Source of the DNA: Ramazzottius varieornatus
Lineage: Eukaryota; Animalia; Tardigrada
Length of the DNA: 64,000 nt
NCBI GenBank assembly: GCA_001949185.1
Contig: BDGG01000006.1
Span: 478,827-542,826, forward strand
Direction: 5' to 3'
This document shows, in pieces, positions 54,442-64,000 of the stretch (position 1 is its first letter; every line of letters begins with the position of its first letter). The position numbers were made by a program, and so were the translations under genes. The notes under the pieces were generated by a model. It was not told the origin of the DNA, did not search any database, and saw nothing but the letters and a program-made list of their open reading frames with translations.

Positions 54442-55581
54442 GGGAGGACCTCGAAGCTAATTTTGGACATTGCTTTTAACTCATCTAAAACATTTTATGG
54501 TTACATTCTGATTGGCGGTTCTTCGACTTCGCCAGTTTTATCCTTCGGGCGGTCTACATAGTTTGCTGTTCTTTCTTTCTAACCTCTCTGAATTATTACC
54601 GTAAGTTGTGCGCGAGTTTCACGGTACTTTTTATCGAGCTTTTGACGGTGCGGAGCGTACTAAGTCACCGTAACAGTTACCTAACAGTTCTATAATTTAT
54701 TCTTTCGGTAAAACCGATCAATGTGATCATGCTTATTTATTCCTGCGTAAATATTTTTGCTGTTTGTGATACTACAGATTCTCGTAACAGGAGGGCGTCG
54801 TCTTTTGTGAAACTGATATCTAGAGCGCCATGCTATGAATTTTTTCTCTGGACTGTGTCAGAATGGACGATGATTTCCCGCTGCTGGACGGTCGCACTAA
54901 AGCGTTACTCTTCCTGCATGCAGTCATAAGAAGCGATACCGTAACAAGAATGCCAAAAGAGCTTGCATGCCTAGGATTCAAGCTGGTTACGGAGTCTGAT
55001 AAAGTGGAAGACTTTCTTATTCTCGCGATAGAATCCAATCAGCTCGAGAAAACAACGTTCCATTTGTCGTTTTCCCATCTTTCCGTTCTGACTTCCGGTT
55101 AGGCACCATCACCTTTAATGACGGTTCGTCGTCCATTTCACGCGAAATTTCGTGCGGTAGGTGTGGAATTTCAGACCTCAAGGAAAGATTTACCAAAACA
55201 GCTTAAGTGCTTTCGTGGTTCGGGACTCAGAGCAAGATAAGCAAGCACGATATCTAGATTTAACGATAAAAAAAGCTAGGCTACTAAGAAGCCAATTCAA
55301 CAATACTCGACGGTAACTCGTTGGGAGTGCGAAGTCGTCGGGAAAGCGACACGGCGGTTGGCTGAAATGCGGAATTATCTTACGCTTGTCCATTTGAAGA
55401 AGAAGTCTTGCGAGAAAGGCCAGATCGACTGATGATAACTTCTGCCCTTCGCATGTTGCTGGTGTGAGGTGATGTCCAGCTTATTCAGAATTTCATTCCG
55501 GCCGTTTCTGCCATTGCAACAGGTGCTAGTTAAGAACTACCCTTTGGGCTAACCACCAAGAATGGACTACTGAAAACATTT

Positions 55582-55771
55582 GAGAGCTCGGCAAACAATT
55601 CGACAAGACTGTCCCCAAGTGACGCTTGTCTTCGGTCTTGTTAGCCGAAGCGTGCGCCACTTGGCGCAATCGACAAGATTGTATTTCCAAATGGCGCACG
55701 TTACCACTGTTACTGACTGCAAGCGTACGCCGCTTAAAAAAGTGATCTGATCGAGTTTGCTTGCCGAGACT
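55582..55771. repeat. Palindromic-module element, 2 modules with both TIRs
   Basis: gagagctcggcaaacaattcgacaagact ... gatcgagtttgcttgccgagact. Confidence 0.85.
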
Positions 55772-55789
55772 GAGCTTTCATCTTGCTAA

Positions 55790-56720
55790 TCGCGGTACAA
55801 ACCTGTGCGATCGCCATCGTTCGTCTGCATCCTTGACGGCCTCCAGCACTTCGCCACCTTGAAGACTGACCCTATCCAACGGCCGTAGCAGCCACTGTAG
55901 CTGGTCCTCCGGGTATGGCCAGATGATTCTTTTGTTGTCCAGTACTTTGGCGCGAAGTGCTGAGTCGACATCGTAGCGATGGAGAATACTGAGATGTTCG
56001 CGAGCTCCCTTCGGTCTAGGCGGAGGACCGGGCCAGGCCAGCTGTCAACACTGCCTTTTCAGTAGGCTTTGGATCTATCACCCAGAAGGTGCAGTGGTCG
56101 AATGAAAGTGTACAGTTTACCAGATTGACAGAGTTCACCAACGGCTGGATATCTGACCAATAATCGTTTCTTGCATAAGGTTGAACTTGTCCTTGCTGAA
56201 ATCAGCATCCACCACGATTATTCCCTTAGAGGTACGTGAACATACCGACAGAATCTGCTTCCAATATTTCGATACCATGGAACAAACAATTGGGCGCTCT
56301 ACCAACAAACACCACCAGATCGTGTTTCCGAATGGCGCAGGCTTCCAGCCTAGAAGGCTGAGAACGTGCGCCACACTCGAAGACAACCCGACAAAATCGT
56401 TTTCCAAGTGGCGCACGCTTTCGGCCCATGAGATTAGAATCATGCGCCACTTGCGAAAATCAAGGATGCGATACTCTGGGGCAGGCGAATGATTTACCTG
56501 TATTTATTAGTGGCCTGATAGGTGTCCAAACAACCGAGGATCTCTTGTAGAACGTGAGAGGGGCACGCTGGAAGATTTCGTGCACGAGGTGCACCTCGTC
56601 GTCGCCGCACAATTCCTGTTCAAATCCATCCAAGCTGTACGCGCCTTCTTCCGCCGGCTCCTGCTTCAGCTTCTTCGCCAATGCAGCCTCGGCTCTGGTT
56701 TCGCTCCTGGTCTTCGGCAT
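55790..56720 (-). CDS. Unknown spliced gene or pseudogene with a degenerate F-box-like segment; 3' extent uncertain
   Basis: Exon MPKTRSETRAEAALAKKLKQEP..LVHEIFQR ends at a GT donor near 56497; next exon ERPIVCSMVSKYWKQILS resembles the end of an F-box; further exon GIIVVDADF..; downstream frame not resolved. Confidence 0.4.
56300..56470. repeat. Palindromic-module element, 2 modules, intronic
   Basis: aatggcgcagg..cgtgcgccaca; ccaagtggcgcacg..atgcgccacttg. Confidence 0.82.
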
Positions 56721-58437
56721 GGCTTCTGCAAACAGACAAGATCATCGCAGATCAGAACACTGCAGCAGATTACCGTTTATAGCACATTTTCCGCTCACGA
56801 GGGGATCGGCACTGTCCTCCCGTCTTGATTCAGAAACTGAGACGCTAGAAAGGTAGAGGAGAGTTTCCTCCATCAACTGAGACAGGCGGAATCGGCGGAA
56901 GAAAATCCTGGAAGACACAGCAGCAAGCGGAAGTAACGTCAGAATCTGGGCGGTACATGGCTAGTTTATCAGACCGGTTCGATCTGTAGCAAAATTTAAG
57001 GCAAAAGTATCAAGGAAGATAAGTTTTACAGAAGTGATATCTTTCGTAAAGGTGATGGAAGCACAAAGGAGCCTTACACCAACCGCATTTGAGAAGCAGA
57101 GAGCGCTTACAATTATCACGATCACAATGGCCAGTAAGTCAGAAAGCGCTTGAAGATTAAATTTTCCAGACAGTTTAGAGTGAGCCCTCAGCTGGCCCAA
57201 AAGAAGAGAGCCCGACTCGGCTAGGGCCGGGAATGGTGGTAAAACGACCACCCTAAATGGCTCTAACATACAAGAGGTGGAAATTCCTATCCTGGACGAA
57301 CAGGGTGGGAACAGCAGGATGGAAAAGCCGGGAGCAAGTGACAGGTTGGGATTTCCGGTTTTTCGTGACATCAAACCCGGAAATGACAAGTTTTTAAATA
57401 TCGTGCTGTTTGTTTCACGAGATCCCAGTTAACTACCTCATATAGAGTAGCATACGCTCTAATCTCGGCCATACACCGTGAGCCGGTACAATCCTGGCAT
57501 GCCATGAGGAGCACTCTATGACATCCGTTTATTGAAACTGATAGAAGACATCAGTTCGACGGTCGAACTTACTGGATTCTCTAGGGCGATGCTGCAGTGT
57601 GCAAAATGCATCCACACTGGCCCATAAAGACAATTAGAAATTGTATCCACCAGATCGCAGCATGCTTCTGTGGGTTACCAGCCAATAAACTATTCAGATT
57701 TTGAGATTTTAAATATACATGACAAAAAGTGATGGTAATGGATGCTTCACGCAGTCAGCCAGTCCTGAGTCGGAACTGGCTGTATAGTAAACTGTTTGAC
57801 CAAGCGATAAAATCGGCGGTTCAGATGCGTTCCCGTCACTACACGACGAAGTGCTCTGTAGCGAAACACACAGGAAACGGCCGCGGGATCAGTTTAATTC
57901 GTTTCACGATTTTCTATCGGTTTTAGCGACTCCGATCGTGACGACATATCGCACTGCTTCATCCAACTTTTTCCGAGACATTTGCGCCTTGAGAACAAGG
58001 TCAATGGTAACTGTGTTCGATGCTCGACCAAAAATTGCCAGCTAAGAGAATGAAAAATGGTATAATTGTTCCATGCTAATGCCAGTCTTGTGGACTGAGA
58101 AACCGAAAGTCGCGCCCATATTGAGTCAGAAGTTCTAATGCGATTGGTGAATGGAAGCGGTGGGTCACGACGTGATTGTACGTAGAGCTACTTGTTTGCA
58201 ATGGTGCGTATTGTCCTACGATGAAGCTTGTCCGATAACTGCTGCTGAACAGAGAGAAGACTACCGAAATAGCCCGACTGTCCTTGCGTTATCGGTGGCA
58301 GTGAAAATCTAAATACGATTTAATATTTCTGAGTCGCCGTTTGTTGCTCTAAAGTGTTTGATATAGGCTATATTGTTTACCACTCCAGACTGGCTTGCTA
58401 GCCTACCCCTGGAAGAGAGAGGACGGCACGCTATGTC

Positions 58438-59634
58438 CAGTGTTGAACAAAGTACCGGTACCACCCGGTGATACCTGTAATAAGTACCGATTTCGCAGTA
58501 ATTGTACTTTACCCGGTACTGACGGCCGATACCCGTACCTTACGGGAGGTGTTTCAGGTATCCATCCGGAAATACCGAGTACTGAAGGCTGGCGGTAATC
58601 ACCGAAAGTACCGCGAAAGTACTGGACGCATCGGTCCGATTGTCAGAAATATTAGGATTTTCGAGCCCGAAACACGGCGCTGCCCATATACTGTACGTCC
58701 GACCCTGCTCCAACTAGCGCATGTGTGCGCACTCGCTTAGTGCGAGGTATGAAGCTCATGCACCTACTGTATGTGAGCTAGCGCTGGCAAAAATACGATA
58801 AAATTCGATACGATTTTTCTGATACCGTATTTTCGACATATCGCAGCAATATATCGATATTTCTGGACTTTTAGTTTTTCGGAATTCCACTGGTCCAAGC
58901 CCAAAAACTCAAGAAGGCGATTTCCACATAACGTATTAGTAAGATCGAAAGCGTCGGATGCAGCAAAGACATGACTATGTCAAGACTTCAAACACATGGA
59001 AATCTGGACAGAATTAGTACCAGCACCGAATGGGCGGAGTGTGCTCGGTACACCATGGCCAAAATCAAGTCGGAAGACCAAGTTGAAATCAACCATGGTC
59101 TTCCGTAAACCATATATCACTGGCGAGTTTGCCATTCAGCAAAATACCGATATGTCGATAATATATCGATATGGCGCGATACGATATCGCCAAATATTTT
59201 ATTGCGTTATTCGATAAGAGCTTCATATCGATATTTTCGACACGATATCTGCCGCATACTGTGTTGCAAAGATTCGGTATTTTTGGATACGATATCGATA
59301 TGCCGTATCGTTACCAGCACTAATGTTAGCGTTATGTTGTATGCAGGTGCGCGAAGCTAACAGTGGATTTTGAAACGATCAGCAGGTGCACCCGCTGATC
59401 AGCAGTCCAGAATTTCAAAGCGAGTTTGTGATTTATGCTCCGGTCGATATGCTCCTACTGTTCGTATCTTACCTTGTATGCTATTTTTCGCGGTACTTTC
59501 GGTATTCGTTTTGGACTGTACTATAGGGGCGGTATTACCTGTGAATCTTGCCATATAACGATACTTTACCTACTAGGCGAGCCGAAATACTTTACTTTAC
59601 CGAGTACCGAACAACCAGTACTTGTTCAACACTG
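58438..59634. mobile_element. Non-autonomous hAT-type element (outer)
   Basis: TIR cagtgttgaacaa(a)gtac / gtacttgttcaacactg; 8-bp TSD gctatgtc / gctatacc; many subterminal gtac/taccg repeats. Confidence 0.78.
58779..59322. mobile_element. Non-autonomous hAT-type element nested in the previous one
   Basis: TIR tagcgctggcaaaaatacg / cgtatcgttaccagcacta; 8-bp TSD atgtgagc / atgttagc; subterminal cgata/tatcg repeats. Confidence 0.82.
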
Positions 59635-60064
59635 GCTATACCTGTACTAACTTCGCGATTCGGTCCGGGCGGTTTGATGCCTTTTTGGAAAGCCCTTGAG
59701 CGCAAGGGGGGACCAGCACAGTTCGAAGTTCGTACCCCAGAAAGTTCGCTCTGACCCAAGGATGAATAATTATTACCAATTTTGAGTTTTTGAACTTTTG
59801 ATCACTGTAGAGCTGCAGTACCTCGCCGTTTGCAAACAACGGCGTGCCGAAATGTGGACTGACTCAGCAGCCGCCTCTACATAGGGGATAGACACCCATC
59901 ATCATCTGCATCGAAGGTCGGCAAATCAATTCATGAGCGGACTTTTTACGAACCATAAATTGCAGAAATAGTCTGATCCGCGTCGCGAAGGCATTATTCT
60001 GAGAACTCAGAGCTCTGAAACATTCGAAAAATGCTTCCCGGTGTAATGGCTTGCTTGTGAGAGT

Positions 60065-60122
60065 CCGACGGAAAGGTATCATTTATTCGCACACCGACGG
60101 AAAGGTATCATTTATTCGCACA
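60065..60122. repeat. 29-bp perfect tandem duplication
   Basis: ccgacggaaaggtatcatttattcgcaca x2. Confidence 0.85.
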
Positions 60123-60362
60123 GTGGGAGGTAACGAACATTCCCTCCGCCCCGATATTTGTTTAACATAATCAATCGACCGCTTGAGTCTCTGTTCCACT
60201 CTCCGGCAAGGCGAGGTACAGCAGCTCATCAGTGCTTTTGATTTTTCTATCAGGCTGGCATCTTCCAATGCATCTTGCCGAAAGACAGCATCTTTCGTCA
60301 GCGTATCTTACTTCCTCCTAATCCCTGTTGTCTTTGCAGTACTCCAGAGTTCTGAATGAAGA

Positions 60363-63300
60363 ATGCCACCAGTAGCCAGCCGGAAGGCATCAGAAGACTT
60401 CTTCGGTGCATCCACGACGATGGTCGCTCATCGCGCCATGACTTCCGCCGGTGATCGCTCCAAACGAGCAACCTTCATGTCCATGTCTGTCCATTGTCCT
60501 CCACCCACCACACCCATCGTCGATGCCCGCTTTATGCCTTTCTCCTTCAATCTCGCTCCGGGCAGCATGGTGGGTAGCGTCAAGAATTACAGCATTCCCA
60601 AGCTGAATCAAAGCAGCGAAGCAACCAAGAAATCACCGTCGCCTTCAGATTCGACCACCAAACCACAACACACTCCCGTACACCAGATAGTCAAGAAAAG
60701 AAAGGAACCAGGATCGAAAAGTGCAGTGGAATCTCCGAAGAAGAAAGATGTCACACCGAAAGCTCCATCAAATAAAATCGCTCCGATTTCCTTCACGGAA
60801 TTCCAGAACAAGCCCAAGCCTACTCTCGTCAACATCAAGACGGTAAACCGTGTCCGGCAGATGGATGCGATTCCCAAAGTTGTGGAAGCGGTGGCAGAAA
60901 AGAAGAGTGTGGACAGTGAGGAAAGCGTCGATGAATTTTTCGAGTGCGAGGAAGTCGTCGTTGACAGTAAAATCCCTCCTGTCGGTCAAACGTCTCCTGC
61001 TTCTTCCGCCACCGTCCTCAGCATACCTGAGTACTCTTCGAACATTTTTGTCCGGAATGGATCCGGTGAAATGCCGAAAGTGGTGTGTAACATGGCGGAG
61101 AGTGTGAGAAAGGCAACAACCGGAAGTGCGCTGGTGAAACCGATCAAGATGAAGTTCAAAAGGCTGCCTGACGAGAAGAATGGTTCCAGGATGGTCTGCC
61201 AAAAGCTCAGTCCTGATAAGCAGGGTGAAAAGAAGATTCTACCAGCTCCAGAGAAGAAAGAAACAGGTATGAATTATGAATTTCGTACCATATTTCCCGA
61301 ATGGGGAGCAAATAATGATGAATTCCGGTGGAAATTCTGGAACGCAGTTGTTTACACGTGGGTTTCGCTAGGTGTTGCAGTGAAGACCTCTGAGGAAGTG
61401 ACCATCGAGAAAAAGGATGAAGGGAAGATTCTGCCAGCGCTGAAGATAAAGGAAGGAGGTAAGGCGACACTCACAGTTTCTTCTTGGATTTATACGGTAA
61501 TTTTTGACTCTTTCCATTTTTGGACACTGGTTTGTTTTACCATTTTTCTTTTACCTTCGGTATTTTGGTGATTGCTGACGAAGCGTCGGTGGTCAGAAAC
61601 GCTGAAACGAAGATTTTCCCAGCTTTAAGGCCGAAAGACGGAGGCAGGAAATTTTCACGCTTAATTTCTCGAGTTTTTCGGACAGTTTTTTTTTGGGAGA
61701 AACTATTCAAATTCTGGTATTCTTTCTTCTAGGCGTTTCAGTGGCTACAATCTTCGTGCCTCCGGACCCGAAGTACACTCTAACTTCATCCCAGAGAAGA
61801 GTCTCGCAACTACCGTTGGTCTTCACTCCGGACGGACAGAAAAGAATGGTGGTGACAAGCATCGACAAGGAAGTAACTCCAAAGAAGAAACCAAAGTTAG
61901 ACGATCAACTTCCGGTCGCCAATCAGTTCGATAAGATGGTGGACAGCAGTACGAGGAATCAAGCGGCAGAAACCGTTGCAAAGTCAGACTCCGGCAATCA
62001 AGTCCTTGTAGCTGTGCCCATCGATGTTTCAGTCAATCAAGCAGAGGTGGTCGTTGTGAACCCCGTCCGACCCGACAACACTGCAGCTGCCTTCGCTGCT
62101 CACCTCGAAGAGCATCTGTATGAAGGCAAGCCTGGTCCGGAGATAGTGAGCATCAAGTCCAGAGTCCTGGATCTGGAAGGTAACCGTGAGCTGTGGTTGG
62201 TCGAATGGAAGGACGAGAAGATCGGGCGACGCATCGTAACGGATGACTTCCTGCAGAGTAACGCTGCTTACCAGTTCAAAATGGTCGACTACTTCTCGGT
62301 ATTGGACCCTCCTGTTCCTGGGGACTTCGCGGCGTTAGCTGAAGGTATGACTGTTTATAGGGAAGGTAGAAGGGAAAAGGTGGAAGAACTGACGGCGGAA
62401 GTGGTGCCGAAGCTTCTGCTCGTGAAAGAGAAAGTGACCGTTGGCGATCCGTTGGACTTCCTCTCTCGTGATGGTGCCAAAGAGAAAAAACGGGTTCGTA
62501 GCAGGCCTGCGCCTATTGATAGCTTCGGGCTCTTTCCTCCGTCGAGCTACGTGTTGGAGGATCGAATGCTGAGTGAGGCGAGCTTGTGGAACGCTGGTAA
62601 GGTATTTTTGAGCTCGGCAAACAAACTCTTAGACCTGGCAAAAGTGTGATTAAGTGTGGTGTGGTGTTTTTTCGGTTTGGTGTTCTTCCACACCGAAACT
62701 AATTTTTCGGTGCGAAAGCCACACCACTTTTTTCAGTGTGGTGTGAATCGGACACCACTCTTTCGGTGCACCACACCAAACCGAAAAAGCGAAACCTGTA
62801 TGTGGTATGTGGTAACCGCTAGGAAGCAAAAATAGGCGTAACAAAGATGTACAGACAGGAACGGAATACTGGTAATGCACACGCCGAAGCAAAACCCGAC
62901 GTCAGCATGCCTAATTCTGCTGGTGCTGCAGGTTTTCCCTGCGTGTTTGGCCGATAGAGCGCACCATGATTCGCCCTGACCCACAATTATCCCAGTGGTG
63001 TTCGGAGAGGTCACCAAACGGCATAAAAATACGCAAGGTCAAGGTCAGGTGCCCTACTATAGGTCCAGCCCTTGTTCAGCCTCAGGCCATACCTCCCGTA
63101 CGCTGACTAGATGTCTTCTGAACTGTAATAAAACATCGAGACCAGAAAGTGTAGTTTTTTTGGTGTGGATTGGTGAAACCACACCATTGCCAGGTCTACA
63201 AACTCTGCAGGATCGTTTCCCAAGTTGCGCACGCAGTCAGTGTTGTTCATTGCAAGGTTGCGCCACTTGGGAAAATTCGACAAGTTTATTCTGCAAAGTG

Positions 63301-63588
63301 GCGCAATCCGATAGCTAATGTCACGGGAGAGGTGCGCCGCTTGGACGAACGAACTAGACCAGTTTGTTCGCCCACGTTTCACTTTGTCCAACTCTGGAAA
63401 AGATTATCATTTCTCCTTCTTTGAATAATCATGTTCCGACTTTTGTAGAAGGCGAAGCGAATGCGATGTCTGGGGAAACCTTAGAAAGATCGCGGCGATC
63501 GCGACGCTTGGAGGACCCGGACTTTCTGCGGTTGTTCTCCTCTAGTCCCGATGACTTCTTGGGGTTCTTGCACGAAGTGTCCAGCTAA
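60363..63588 (+). CDS. Unknown Lys/Ser/Pro-rich protein with a possible chromo-like segment
   Basis: Exons 60363-61267, 61372-61458, 61733-62596, 63449-63588 splice in phase 1; NLS-like PKKKPK; EIVSIKSRVLDLEGNRELWLVEWKD loosely resembles a chromodomain start. Confidence 0.65.
62610..63375. repeat. Palindromic-module element, 2 modules, split by a hAT insertion, intronic
   Basis: gagctcggcaaacaaactct at 62610 resumes at 63199 as caaactctgcaggatcgtttcccaagttgcgcacg..gcgccacttggga..gtttgttcgcc. Confidence 0.82.
62630..63198. mobile_element. Non-autonomous hAT-type element
   Basis: TIR tagacctggcaa / ttgccaggtcta; perfect 8-bp TSD caaactct (62622-29, 63199-206); subterminal gtgtggt/accacac repeats. 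Confidence 0.9.
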
Positions 63589-64000
63589 GCAAACCTAGCG
63601 TCCGGCTGTTTAAGTTGAATCTCTCTTACTAAATTGTAAGCTGATTGCTTCGTCTTCTGTACATTGACCAAAGATCGGTTTTCTGTGTCGATGCTTTCAC
63701 GAGTATATTACTGTTTTGATTTGTTATTCCAATATGTACTGATACCGAAGTTCTTTATGAGTTTATCCCCTTTAGCTTACCTTTTACTGATGCAGGAGCG
63801 TTCTCTGGATTTCTGTTACTAACCTGCTTTCTAGAAAGCTTTCTTTCATCTTTATGCTGCAACAAATGTCAGTCAGTGCTCCAGCCGGTGTCTCAATTTT
63901 TTTCGCCCATCCTAAAAGACTGCTAGAACCGATGATCCTTAGGAACAAGAACAGCTAGAACTAACGGAGATACTTTAAGTCCCGAAACACCGCCCGGACG

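Overview
Eukaryotic DNA from a compact, intron-rich invertebrate genome (short GT-AG introns; a tardigrade-like animal is a guess, not a result). Spliced host genes I could reconstruct by hand: GOPC, a 6-finger C2H2 lin-29/rotund-family transcription factor (with a probable alternative first coding exon), PACS, V-ATPase subunit B, V-ATPase subunit e (absent from the ORF track; tail-to-tail with subunit B), ARL5, two tandem F-box paralogs, a possible third F-box-like gene and one unknown gene. Mobile DNA: a decayed CRE-type non-LTR retrotransposon, a Tc1-like MITE, hAT-type MITEs (nested, 8-bp TSDs) and TA-flanked MITEs. Two things stand out. (1) A ~5.7-kb Mutator-like element (34765-40508) has TIRs, a 9-bp TSD and an uninterrupted 'empty-site' paralog in the same window. 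It carries a transposase remnant plus intron-containing host gene fragments, including a BCKDHB pseudogene, making it an animal Pack-MULE candidate. (2) About 17 copies of a TIR-bounded element built from 1-3 tandem ~70-bp palindromic modules (CCAAGTGGCGCACG-spacer-CGTGCGCCACTTGG) lie almost only in introns or just 3' of host genes. All alignments and gene models were made by eye; no database searches were run.
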